A program made the position numbers and the translations under genes. Below are positions 22,321 to 43,930 of a DNA stretch of 64,000 bases, piece after piece. Each line of letters starts with the position of its first letter. Within the stretch, counting starts at the first letter, position 1. The DNA is taken from NCBI GenBank assembly GCA_048213135.1, contig PS015297.1, positions 15,410 to 79,409 on the forward strand, written 5' to 3'. Origin of the DNA: Reclinomonas americana ATCC 50394. Taxonomy: Eukaryota. The notes below the pieces were generated by a model, which had not been told where the DNA came from, searched no databases, and saw only the letters and a list, made by a program, of their open reading frames with translations.

Positions 22321-25300
22321 GAGGGTGCTCGGCCCAAACTCCTTCGCAGTTAAAAAAAAGTAAGGAGTGCCAGAAAGACCCCGATATAGATCCTTTTAAA
22401 AAAAGTAGGGAGTGCTCCCAGAGCGTGAGTGCACAGAGAGAGCCAAGCAACAAGAGGCGACAGAAGCTGGAAATCTGTCGGACCGACAGAATCGATGATC
22501 GATGTGAGCCCTCACTGGCAAGCTCTCCAGCACGTAGACACACACCGCGATGTCCCAGCAAGGGCGACGGGTGTGATCACGGGCGTCATGGCTGCATGAG
22601 GCTCAGTCACCCGTTGTGGTTGTCGAGACAAGGCCGAAGTTCGCGACGTCGACTGACGTCGACAACATGGACGCGCAGGTTGAGCTTCGCACAGAGCCTG
22701 TTGATCACTCGCCTTCGCACTACGAGGTTTGCTTATCAGAAAGCCTTAGGCCACAGAAGACTTATTAACAGCGACTCGAATGTTCGAATGTCCGCGAAAT
22801 ACTGCATGTGTTGCTGTTCAATTCGGTTTTCATTGAAAAGTCCTTGCCGCAGAAGAACCAAACAGCCACAAAAATGCCTGTGTTGTCGTCATGGGTGTGA
22901 ATGCACATGGGGTCCGATCACCAAGACTTTAAACAACAACAATTCATTCACCAACANNNNNNNNNNNNNNNNNNNNGTTAAAATGCAAGTGGAAGAAGAA
23001 TTGTCCGGGTGATATCATGTTGCTGTAGCGCTAAATCTTAACACCTTCACGTCAAGTGAATGTGATTTATCCCAGATAGCACCCGCTTCTCCGTCGCCGT
23101 TCTCCCAACGGCGTGCGAGAGTACCCTAATTGAACGTGAGCAGAATTATTGTGTATATACTCTTAATGATGTCTATCATTGTGGCAGTGCTCTGGAGACG
23201 GCCTCGAAGCAGAAAAAGACAAGCTGTTGCACGCACACAATAAGTGAAAAAGTGAGTGGAGAGAGGGGCGTCATCGTCGCTCTCGCTGTCGCGCGCGCCC
23301 TCTTCGTCCTCCTCGACGTTCTCGGCGACACCGCCGCTATCGTCGCGCTGCGCGCGCGGAAGCAGTCTGTGCACGCAGGTACAATGCAGCCAGCGCAGCA
23401 GCAGCAGCTGCAGATGGACCAGAAACTGGTACCAACTGCGGTGCCGGCCGCGCTGCACATGCATTTGTTGCCGGCTGACGCAGCAGTGATAGTGGTGGTG
23501 GTGGTGGTGGTGGTGGCAGGGCGCAATACCTCGCCGACTGGCTCCAGATTCGGCGGCGTTGGGAGCAGCGCCAGAAGCTAGTACGATCGTCGTCACCGGC
23601 AGCGGCCGGCTTCACACACTCCAAAGTAACTGTAGAAGCAGCCCAGTTCTGGGCAACAGTCACCGCCTCAGCCAATGGTCCTGGGGCGCGCTTGTGCCGA
23701 TCAAGCACAGATACGACTGCCGTCGAGCGCCAGAATTCTAAGCGTGCTTGCTGCATTGGCGACAGCAAGGTCCAGCTGCTTCGCCTTCCGCACAGATGGC
23801 GCAGCATCAGCATCCACATCCACCACTCGTTGGTGGTTCCTCAACTCGCGAATTTCCTTCTCAGTGAGACGCGTTGCCAGTGCCGCCGAGTGACACAAGC
23901 GACGACACACGTGCGCGAACTTGAGTGTCCAAGTCTGCTGCACCACCCTGTGCGCCAAAGGCAGCAGTCTGCTCCTTCAACTCGTATACAGAACTGCCGT
24001 AGCGCGAACGGCGGTCGACCGCTGTGAAGCGGATCCCCGATGCAGTCGGTGAGCTTCGCATCAGGCGGTGGACTCGCGCACACACCTCACGGCCTTCTCC
24101 TGCACAAGGCGAAAAAATTTCTGCTGCGCAGCCGTGCGTTGAAATGAGCGGATTGAGCAGACATGTCACGCACAATTACGGTGATACAGTTGTCGAGGAA
24201 CTTCACCGTCTTTGTCCTCGCGGAAGACATTGCATTCTCGGCCGAACGCTTCTCGTTGCCGCTTGGGGTACGCGTCTCTTGCAGGTGAGCGTGCGCGCGT
24301 CGTCAATCCTGCGAAAGGCCGCAGTGAGACGCGTCGACAGAGGGAGAGCGCACGCAGGAGGCACGAAACTCCAGCATGAATCCGTGGCGCGCCTCCCACG
24401 ATTGATCGACTCAATCGAGATACGCCAGAGAGCTCACGCTTCCCATGGCCAACGAGACAGCCCTGACTTTTTGTGGTGTTTCTCTTGAGGAATTGACAGT
24501 GATGCGGTCGGCGGCGACCTCCACCAGGCGATGGCAGCGGATCAGCGACTGTGCGTCGACACACAACTGTCGGTTCGTCGTCGTCTTCGCAGCACTGGAT
24601 GGATCCGGATCGTAGAGTCCCCGCTTGCGTCCACTGGATTCCTCCCAGCTGCAGCACGTGCCTCCCTCTTCCGTGTCGACATCAACTCAGAATTAGCGTC
24701 GGTTGGAATGGGCTCTGAAGAGTGCCCCACTGCGAAGTGTCATGGTGAGCAAACATGCGTGTTCAGTGTGGGGATGCAATCAATGCACGACTAACCAACG
24801 ATCCTCTCGTACTCCGCGAGCGTAGACTCTGGCGGTTGACAGGGGTACCACCTTCTCCTCCGTTCGAGAGGAGTTCTTGACAAGAACCACTGTGAGGCAT
24901 GCGTGTTAGTGTGGAGTGGCGTTGGTCGCCAAGTGGCGCGCACACGGAAACCCCACAGCCCCCTCTCATGCACACATTCCACGCAAACACTCCCTGTCTT
25001 CTCTTCCAATGCACACACTTACACGCACTCCACACGAGGGCGCGGCAAACACACCTCAGATCAGAGAGCCTCCGCAGCGAACTCAAGCGCTGTATTCAAC
25101 GAGAACCACAGCACATTCGCCACAGGCGATCCGAGGCGGAGGCGGAGGCGGCAGCGTTTCCTTCACTCCACTGGTAAGTGCACCGACAGCGGTATCCTCT
25201 CCGACCAGCCACCGCGAGTGGACAGGGGAGAGGGGCACCACACATGCATCGAACACGCACAAAAAGAACTGCTCGTCTGTCGACACGACGAGCGAGTGGC

Positions 25301-25418
25301 GACTCGTGTTTGGCGGGGCGGAAAAAAAGTAAGGAGTGGGGTGCCCTGCCTGCCAGGGGCGAAAAAAAGTAAGGAGTGCGCCAAAAAATTAAATCAGTAG
25401 ATCGGGCGGAGCACCCTC
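22321..25418. mobile_element. Decayed ~3.1-kb DNA transposon with 15-bp terminal inverted repeats and a 6-bp target-site duplication
   Basis: Left end GAGGGTGCTCGGCCC (22321-22335); right end reverse complement GAGGGTGCTCCGCCC (25404-25418), 14/15 match. GCAAAA directly flanks both ends (22315-22320, 25419-25424). Subterminal AAAAAAAGTA(A/G)GGAGTG twice at each end. Confidence 0.85.
22740..24890 (-). pseudogene. Disrupted coding remnant inside the TIR element, possibly a KDZ-like transposase
   Basis: Long near-open frame 24630-23930 broken by three TGA codons, plus frameshifts. Fragments LRILALDG (~23740) and HVHSH…C…G..NENRIEQ (~22900-22815) resemble KDZ catalytic motifs by eye only. Confidence 0.35.
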
Positions 25419-25797
25419 GCAAAAAAAAAACCATGAAAACGCATTCCACGTATCTATCCGTTTCACCGACCATCGCGGCTCCTTCGATCGTTTCCCACAT
25501 ATCATCACACACGCAGTTTTCCTTCTCTCTCTCTCCTCCCTTCCCTCTCGCCCACACCATTGTCGCCCACCATGTCACCACCAGCACCTCACTCTTCCTC
25601 GCCCAGTCCTTCTCGTTGAAGAAAAAATAGACACGCACTCTTCCTCTCACTCTCTCTCTCTCTCTCACTCATCGTTTTCCACACTCTCCTTCACCTGCGT
25701 GTTCTCCCACTTCCACCTCCGCCTCTCTCTGTACTACATAACAACTGTATAACAAACCCACTCATCAATTTACCCGCGCAAAACCCCTCAAACAACA

Positions 25798-25964
25798 ATG
25801 TCTCATTTGCCTCCTCTCACTCCTCCCGAGTTGCGTGCACACAAAGTGAGAGAGAGTGAGATAGTGTGTGAGCGATAAGTGACACCTGCAGGTGCGCTTA
25901 TCCTTCTGCATTTGCGTGTTTTCCTTGTTTGCATTTGCTCTCACTCACTATCTTTCTCTCTCTC

Positions 25965-26020
<56 letters not shown>

Positions 26021-26372
26021 NNNNNNNNNNNNNNNNNNNNNNNNNNNNNNNNNNNNNNNNNNNNNNNNNNNNNNNNNNNNNNNNNNNNNNNNNNNNNNNN
26101 NNNNNNNNNNNNNNNNNNNNNNNNNNNNNNNNNNNNNNNNNNNNNNNNNNNNNNNNNNNNNNNNNNNNNNNNNNNNNNNNNNNNNNNNNNNNNNNNNNNN
26201 NNNNNNNNNNNNNNNNNNNNNNNNNNNNNNNNNNNNNNNNNNNNNNNNNNNNNNNNNNNNNNNNNNNNNNNNNNNNNNNNNNNNNNNNNNNNNNNNNNNN
26301 NNNNNNNNNNNNNNNNNNNNNNNNNNNNNNNNNNNNNNNNNNNNNNNNNNNNNNNNNNNNNNNNNNNNNNNN

Positions 26373-26469
<97 letters not shown>

Positions 26470-27172
26470 GAAACGGGTTTATGTGACGCCTGCAGACACT
26501 TATCCTTGTGCATTTGTGTGTGTTTGTGCATCTGACTTTCTCTCTTTCTCTCATTGCTCACTCTTTACTGTTTACAGCTGGGTGGCCGACAAGGTCTGCA
26601 ACACTTGCCACTCGTGTCAGCGCGCCTTCTCGTTCCTTCGTCGTCGAGTTGCGTGCACCACAGTGAGAAGAGAAAGACTCTCAGAGAGAGAGAGAGAGAG
26701 TAATCAGACATTGATTTTTACTATATGCGCAGCATCATTGCCGGCGGTGCGGAAAGATCTTTTGCGACCAGTGCTCCGATCGTCGCTGCTTCATTCGTCG
26801 ACTGTCGGCCAAACACCCGCATCCCGTGCGTGTCTGTGATGGCTGCGGTGAGCATCTCCTCTTGTCCCAGACTTGCTCTTCTCTTCTTCTCCTTCTACGT
26901 CCCCCTCGTCGTCCTTCATGTTATTGTTCTTGTCTTCCTTGTCGTTCTGCTCCTCTTCCTCCTCCTCCTCCTCCTCCTCCTCCTCCTCCTCCTCTTCTTC
27001 TTCTTTCTTTTTCNNNNNNNNNNNNNNNNNNNNNNNNNNNNNNNNNNNNNNNNNNNNNNNNNNNNNNNNNNNNNNNNNNNNNNNNNNNNNNNNNNNNNNN
27101 NNNNNNNNNNNNNNNNNNNNNNNNNNNNNNNNNNNNNNNNNNNNNNNNNNNNNNNNNNNNNNNNNNNTCGAC

Positions 27173-27225
<53 letters not shown>

Positions 27226-28840
27226 TTTTCTCTCTCTCTCTCTCTCTCCTCCTCTCCTCCTCCTCCTCCTCCTCTCTCTCTCTCTCTCTTCTTCTTCTTC
27301 TTCTTCTTGTCTTCTTCTTCTTCTTCTTCTTCTTCTCCTTCTCCTCCTTCTTCTCTCTGCAGCTCACTCTACCACCTCCATCTAGCCACGCTGTGCGACA
27401 CGGAGGACCAATGCGAGGTGCACCTCGAGTTCCTCTCGCTTGGCGACGAACTGGACGTGCGCTCCTCGCACGGTTTCCATCGCGTGCATGTACGCGTCGA
27501 CGAGGCCTACTGCTTGTGCTGGCAGGTCATGCTTGGCGGTGGCAGCAGCGCGTCACCGTCGTCGCCGACCGGCTCGTCTTCGTCCTCGTCGTCGCCGTCG
27601 TCGCCGCGCACTCGGTCCGAGTCGGCACCCGCGGCCCCTAGCAGCACCGGCGGCATGGTGGTGTGCAAGCGCTTCGAGATTCCGCTGACCATTGTCGAGG
27701 TTTGGTCGCTTGTGAAGAGAGGAGGGGGCATGGGTTTACGATGTCGCTCTTGTGCCGCGCTCTCACTCACACAGTGTCGCGCTCTCACCCGCTCTGTGCC
27801 GCGCTCGCTCTCACTGCGTCGCGCTCACCCGCTCTGTTTCGCTCTCTCACTCGCTCTGTGCCGCGCTCTCACTCGCTCTGTGCCGCGCTCTCACTCGCTC
27901 TGTGCCGCGCTCTGTGCCGCGCTTGCTCTCACTGCGTCGCGCTCACCCGTTCTGTTTCGCTCTCTCACTCGCTCAGTGTCGCGCTCACGCGCTCAGTGTC
28001 GCGCTCTTACTCGCTCTTGTCGCTCTCACCCGCTCTTGTGTCGCGCTCTCTCTCGCTCTATCGTGCGCTCACTCGCTCTGTGCCGCGCTCTTTCTCTGCG
28101 TCTTGTCCTGCACCGTGCTCACTCGCCCTGTGCCGCGCTCTGTACTCGCTCTTGTCGCTCTCACCCGCTCTTGTGCCGCGCTCTCTCTCGCTCTGTGCCA
28201 CGCTCTCCCTCTCTTGTGTCGCGCTCACTTGCTGCCTGTCACCCTCCCTTCCCCCCTTTGCCTTCGCCCTTCTCCTTCATCTCTCCCGCTCCCTCACCCT
28301 TCTCCCTTCCCCCTTTCCCCTCCCTTCTCCCTTCCCCACGCAGCGCGTCGACGAAGAACTCAGCAGCAACAGCACCACCACCACTACCACTATCACGACC
28401 ACCACCACCACCACCACCACCACCAGCAGCTGCAGCATGGTCGACGACATGCCTCCCAGCGACGTCGGACAAGGCCTGCTATTCGCCGTCCACATGCGCT
28501 CCGGCCGCTTCGTGTTCCGCTGCGACGACTCCACCACCGGCCGCAACTGGATCGACGCCCTGCGCCACTGCGCCACCTACCTCCGCTGCTGCGGCGACGA
28601 CCAACTACGCTCCGTCACTGCGCTCTCCTCGGGCATGGCCGCTCGCTTCGACAAGGTGATAACATCTCCTTCCCCTGTGGCGATTCCCTCGCATGGCTCA
28701 CACAGATATGCAGGCACAGCGACAGGACTCGGCACCCTCCATCTCGCCTCCCCCTGCACCACACCAACAGCATCAGCATCAGCAGCAGCATCGCCACAGA
28801 TCCGCCGACAGCAGCAGCAGCAACAGCAGCAGCGGACTGA
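25798..28840 (+). CDS. FYVE zinc finger + PH-domain protein; at least one exon probably hidden in the gap 27014-27167
   Basis: MSHLPPLTPPD|WVADKVCNTCHSCQRAFSFLRRR|HHCRRCGKIFCDQCS…VRVCDGC contains the WxxD, RRHHCR and RVC motifs. The downstream FAVHMRSGRFVFRCDDSTTGRNWIDAL is a PH C-terminal helix. Phase mismatch across the N gap; 3' end tentative. Confidence 0.85.
27750..28230 (+). repeat. Intronic minisatellite, ~22-bp unit CGCGCTCTCACTCGCTCTGTGC
   Basis: About 20 imperfect tandem copies inside the intron that splits the PH domain. Confidence 0.9.
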
Positions 28841-28982
28841 CAGATGTCGAATGAAATCGGTTGTTTTGATTGGACAGTGGACAGCGAAGGACGGAGCAAG
28901 ACTTGTCTTTTGCGCGCGTGAAAGAGAGATCACTGAGACCGCACATACAGAGACACACTCTCTCACACATATAAGGCAAAGA

Positions 28983-31900
28983 ATGGAGATGGAAAAGAAG
29001 CAATCGCCTTCCTCTTCTTCTTTATCGTCGCGAGCTCGTGTTCGCGCTTTTGATGCCGGCTCACGCGAATCCATCATTATCTGCTTCAGCATTGTGCTCT
29101 TCTTCTTCCTCTTCAATGACAACCTCCTTGCATGGTGAGCACACACACTCACACACACACTCACACACTCTCACACTGACTGAGAAGAGTACCCACCTCG
29201 AACACACGCCTGTGATCATTGCCAAAATAGCCTCACTGACTTGTCTTCTCTCTCTGTGTGTGCCTCTGCCTGTGTGTGTGTGTTATGTAAAACAAAGGTC
29301 TCTGTGGTGGTCAGCGATTGTGTCGACGACAGTACCGTTTTTGTTGATGGAAGGCGTCGCTGGTGTTCGATCCGTATGTCACTCTTTTCACTCTCTCGCT
29401 GTGTGTGTGTATGTTGCTCATCTCTGTTGCAGGTGCTTGAGCTGCTGATGCGCAACGCCCGTGTGAACTTTGCCACGTCACCTGTACGCGCAGCGACTTT
29501 GCCTTCTCCGCCTTCCGACACGCTGCACGTGCTGCCTTCGCCTACTCCGCTGGTGACTGGATCGCCTGCACTCGGCACTGGCAGTGGATCAGTCACACCG
29601 CGGACTCCTCCCACCCCGCGCATGCCAGGCGCACTGGCCGAGCGATTGGATTCTGGTACGCAAGACAAGTCGCGAGTTGTCTCTTTTCTCCTAAACTCTT
29701 TCACACATACACCCCTCCTCCATTGCCCTTGCCTTCTCATTCTTTCTTTCTTGTTCTTCATGTTCTCTTCTGCTCACGTTCGAGTCTTCCTCTCTCTCAG
29801 ATCCGCTGTATCTGGACTCGCCGGGCACGCGACCTCGTACGTCGCCGAGTGTGGGCACTGTGCGTCGCACGCGTGGTGCAGGTGTCGATGCCGTGGCCAG
29901 TCGACGCGATCTTTCCGATGTGGAGCTGGCGGGCATTTTGTCGGACTTGGAGAGCAAGTTTGAGCGGTACGGCGACACGTGGGATATCAGCGGGCATCCC
30001 GGCATTCTGCCGGATCTTGTGGCTGCGCTGCGGCACACGTCGCGTGTGCGAAAGGTTGCGCGGGAGGGAGCTGGTGTCGCGAAATGTCTCTTTGTTGGCC
30101 TCACTCGTGAGAATGTGACGGCAGGTGTTTTTGCAAGGCATGACCATGACGGCCAGTGTCATTGCGGGCATTTGCGACGAGCTGGGCCGCAACTCGTCGG
30201 TGGAGATCCTCAACATGGAGCGACTGCAGTTGACCGACAAGGGCATTGCGGAGGTGGCCGCCATGCTCAAGTTATTCAATCTCTGTGTCTCGCGCCTCTT
30301 CCGCCTGTGTCTTGCTGACGCTCGCACAGAAAGAACCAGTCGATCCGCGAGCTGCATTTGGGTGCCACGTATCTCACGGCGGAGGGTTGCGGGAAGCTGG
30401 CCGAGGCGTTGGTGGAGCACACGAGTTTGACGCATTTGCTTGTTCCAGGTGAGGGAGGAGAAGATGAAGAAGAAGGAGAAGATAGAGAAGAGAGGAGAGA
30501 AAGAGGAGAGAAAGTGGGGGGAAAGTGGGGGGTGGGGAGTTGTGTTTGAGAAAGGACAGGGGAAACAACGGAACCGGAAGGAGGGGAGAGGACGGTGGAA
30601 CAAGAGACAGCGATTGCTGAGGGTTTGGCGTGGTGAGATGTGGTACCAGGTGTTTGAGAAGAGAGGAGAGACGCGGTTGACTGGGTCCAGGGAAACAAGG
30701 AAAAGGAGATTCTTGGGCTTGGGTGTCTTCCCCTCTTCTCANNNNNNNNNNNNNNNNNNNNNNNNNNNNNNNNNNNNNNNNNNNNNNNNNNNNNNNNNNN
30801 NNNNNNNNNNNNNNNNNNNNNNNNNNNNNNNNNNNNNNNNNNNNNNNNNNNNNNNNNNNNTCTCTCTTTTGCCCCTCATTCTCATTCCACCTCTTCTCTT
30901 CAAAGTCGCTTCTCCCTTTCCTTTTTCGTCTGGCGGCTCTTGCTGCCTCCTGCTTGTCCTCCCCTCTTCTCTTCTCTCTTTTGCCCCTCATTCTCATTCC
31001 ACCTCTTCTCTTCAAAGTCGCTTCTCCCTGTTCTCATTCGTCATGCGGCTCTTGCTGCCTCCTTCCTTCTCCTCCCCTCCCTCGTCCTTCTCCCTCGCCC
31101 TGCCCTCTTCCTCACACCCTCTTTTCCTTCCCCCTGCACAGGCAACCGAATCACCAACAGCGGCATGGAGCTGCTGCTGCGCGCCCTCGCGCACTCCACT
31201 AATCTGCGAAAACTCGACTTGCAAGGTTCCGTCTCACCCAATTCTCATCACTTGTCATTTGTAAGCTAATATGCGATGCCGCTCCCGCGCAGCAACCAAC
31301 ATCAACGCCGAGGGGTGCGAGGTGTTGGGATCGTTTTTGCAGCAGACACGCTCCCTGGCCACTCTTAGCATCTCACGTTGCGTCCTGCCGTGTCACCTCT
31401 CGGCCCTCTGCTTTCGCTCAATCGGGTTTTTTTTTTGTAGTGAACCGCAACATTGGCGAAGTGGGCCTCGTGCGCATCGCGGAAGCGCTGACCGTCAACC
31501 AGTCGCTCACATGCCTGAATGGTTTGGTCACCACCTGTTACGCTCTCTTTGTCTTCCTCGCTTGCTGCTCACTTTCTCATCTCCCTCCCTGTGCAGCTCT
31601 CGGTCGGTCACCTACCAACTCTTTCTTCTGGTCCCCTTTTTTTCGCATCACTCACATTTCTTCACAGAGTGTGGCTTCAATGCCAGTGCCGCACGCGCCC
31701 TGGCCGAGGTGCTGAAGAGCAACACCACCCTTCGAGAGTTGTACAGTTGCGCCCCGCCGCGCGCCCCATCTCTGCGCACACACCTTCACTCACCCCCTTT
31801 CCAGTCGCCGACAACGACCTGAATGCTGTCGGCGGCGCCGCGTTGGCGGACATGCTGTGCGTGAATTCCACCCTCAAGACACTGGGTGCGTGCCGTGTGC

Positions 31901-33618
31901 TGCACGCTGCGCAGCGGCCAAGGACTTGCTCACCACGCCTTGCAGATATTTCGGTCACGAATTTGCAAGCCCAAGGCGCCACGGCGATTGCCGATGCGCT
32001 GGCCGTCAATCGATCGCTGACCGTGCTCGTGATGGACGAGAATAAGCTCGGCGATTCTGGTGCGTGTTTGACAGGGGGTGGGGGCGGTCTGCGTCGGTGC
32101 AGCTGATAGCCGATCTCACAGGTGCCGATGCCATGGCGCGAGCGGTGTCGAGCAACGACTTTTTGCGGGAGCTGCGCCTGCGTAATAACAAGGTCCTGCG
32201 CGTTTGGCGTCTTGCCCCCCTCACGCCGCACACGCCGCTCACCTTTTCTCATTCAGTTTGGTGAGGATGGCGGAATGGCGATTTTGCGGGCGGCGACGCA
32301 CCACCCGTCGCTGATGAAGCTGGAGCTGTCGGATAATGTCATGGGTTCACGCGTGGTCGAAACGGTGGTCCGCATTCTGCGAGAGAACAAACTAATGACG
32401 GACTTGGGCCTCAATCGTTTCGTGTTTTCTTTCCCGCTGGGTACATCGAAGCGATCGCTCACTGTCCCTCGCAGGTGTTGGATTCGTTCCGCAGGACCTG
32501 CAGAGCATATCGCACGCGCTGGTGGAGAACATGACCTTGGTGAGTGCTTATCTGGAGTCTTTCTTTTTCTGTGGACAACTCACTCGTTCAAATCTTGTCA
32601 CTCGCAGCTGCAAATGCCCATTCGACGTTGCGTTGTGTGCTTACAAATATGTGCGACTGCCTTTGTATGCTCACACTTGTCATGTCGTGCACAGAGGACT
32701 ACTTTAGTGACGACACGCCCAACTTCCTCGCGGAGATGGTAGCCATGAACGACGAAGTCAAGTTGGTGCTGCTGGTGCAAGTGCTGCTGACGGAGGAGTA
32801 CACGGGGGCCATGTCGCCGCGCGAAGATAGTAAGTGGGGGGGGGAGGAGAGGGGGAAGGGAGGAAGAGGAAGAGGGGGAGGGAGAGGGGGAGGGGGAGGG
32901 GGAGGGGGAGGGGGAGGGTGAGGGGGAGGGAATAGAGGGAGAGGGGGAGAAGCAGCAGAGGGAAAATGATATCAGGAGCGGAAGAGAGACAGGCTCGAAG
33001 AGAAAGAGGCGAGGGGGGAGAGCGACTGGGAGCGAAAGAGGACGGTGAGTGGTGAGCGGAAGAGGGAAGAGGCAAACTGAAGTGGGAATTGTATAAGAAT
33101 GGATGGAGCAGGAGAGTGGACGAGGGATGAGGGGTGAGGAAGACGAGAGAGAGAGAGGAGGGACATACGAATTGAGAAGAGGAAGGCGAAGAGAGGAGTG
33201 ACTGCGATGTCAGAAGAAGCAAGCTCTCCTCGTGAACGATAAGCCAGCGACATATTTCTTTGAGAAAAAGACAGCAGAGCTGAGGCGTAACAGAGGGTCC
33301 AGGCGAAGTCTCTAAATGATGATGCACGTGAAGTACTGATGCTGATGAGAAGAAGCGTCCGCACAAATCACGCGACAACGCGCAGAAAATCTGCAGATGT
33401 GTGATTTGTCTTCCACCATCTGTTTCTCTAATCTCACTTTCCCTTTCTCTCCCCCTCCCACAGCACCCTCACGAGCGGTAGATTCCGCCGGACGGCACAT
33501 CATTCGCGAGCTGTTGCACATTTTGCAAGAACACACGCAACGGCTCAAGTTCAATCGCTCAGAAGCCGGCCGGCAGCGACTGGCCTTGCTCTCCAGATAT
33601 GCTCAAACGCCCCTGTAG
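28983..33618 (+). CDS. Ribonuclease-inhibitor-like (NLRC3-type) LRR protein with an N-terminal hydrophobic, probably membrane-anchoring segment; about 18 exons
   Basis: About ten 28-aa repeats (e.g. LAEVLKSNTTLRELYIADNDL, IADALAVNRSLTVLVMDENKLGDSG) assemble in frame via GT-AG introns. The N-terminus includes IIICFSIVLFFFLF…LLAWSLWWSAIVSTTVPFLLM. Stop TAG at 33618. Confidence 0.88.
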
Positions 33619-33754
33619 TTGTTCTAATCGCGTGTACGAATTGTTGGATTTTTTTTGGTCGCCTCCCACCCCCTCGTCCCTCCCTTTGCCTCTCCGCGTG
33701 GTGTACCCAGTAGTCATAAGTGTTGTGATTGCATTTTCATTTTTCGTTTGTGGT

Positions 33755-42892
<9,138 letters not shown>

Positions 42893-43930
42893 TCTCGCGG
42901 GAGAGAGTGTGTGTGCGCGTGTTGATGCGAGTGGATGAATATTGGTGAAAACGTCGTCGGCGGCAGGCAGTTTCTCTCTGTTGTAGTTGACTGGACACCA
43001 GGGAGGGAGTTAGGGTGGCGACTTTGAAGGAAAGGGAGAGGGAGAGAGCGGGAGAGTGTGATGTGTGCAGGAGGGAGTCGCAAAGGGTAAAAAGGAGGAG
43101 GAGTAATATATGAGCACTACACTCCACATGCGGATTTGGGCATGTTCGCAGTGTTCGCAGTTAATTGTACGAGCCTGGGAACGCGTGGTGTGCTTGACGA
43201 AGTGCGACACCCGCGCCGTGGATGCCAAGCGGTGCGTGAATCTTGATCGAAAACTCTCGCATGAAAAACGCACGTGAAAACTCCGAGATTCTATCTCCGC
43301 GGCAAGCAAACTCCATCTGGAGGATGCAACAGTTTGTCTGCTATGAAAGGAAAACAGCTGTCAACACATTCGCCAGTCTTGACGGCTGTGGTTGGCTTTC
43401 TTGCGTGTGCATTTGCTCACTGAGCTTTGAGCAAGTCGAGAATTCCGATATCGATCGATATCATATATAAGCTGTCTTTGAAGACCAAGTCCAACCACAT
43501 AGATTCAAAACATCAAACACAAACACCATTCTTGAGGGCCGCGGTCAGCTTGCTTGCGTATGCGATGGCCCACTGGGCGTCGAACAAGTGGAGAACTATA
43601 TCGGTCGATATCTTGCACTGGAAATCGACATGGACTCAACTCGAAAATAAATCTGCACAGTAAACCTCCCGCCATCAAGACTGGTGATGCTTTGGATGTG
43701 CTTGTTCTGCGAGCGAAACGGCGACATGCGGCGCACTGTCGTCGTCGCAATGCGAGTCAAGAATCGTGGCACCTTTCGTGGACACCGCCTGCTGCTGCTG
43801 ACAGAGCACCAGCTGGAGGGAGAGGGGTACTACTGGTCGTTATCCACCGCCAGCAAGCGGAGTTCCGGACCACGAGCATCCTTTGGCGCAACGCAGGTTC
43901 ATTCGAGTCTTACATGACGTGTGTCGCGCC

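Noticed and set aside
23930-24630. Long frame interrupted only by TGA, suggesting stop-codon reassignment or selenocysteine
   Set aside because: Host genes use TGG for Trp and end in TGA (20168, 43931, 53596). The frame lies inside a decayed transposon that also has frameshifts, so mutation is the simpler explanation.
25830-26660. Reading the GTTGCGT sites as non-canonical G|TT-AG introns
   Set aside because: The FYVE motifs (PPD-WVAD, RRR-HHC) are in frame only if cleavage is before the GT with the normal AG acceptor.
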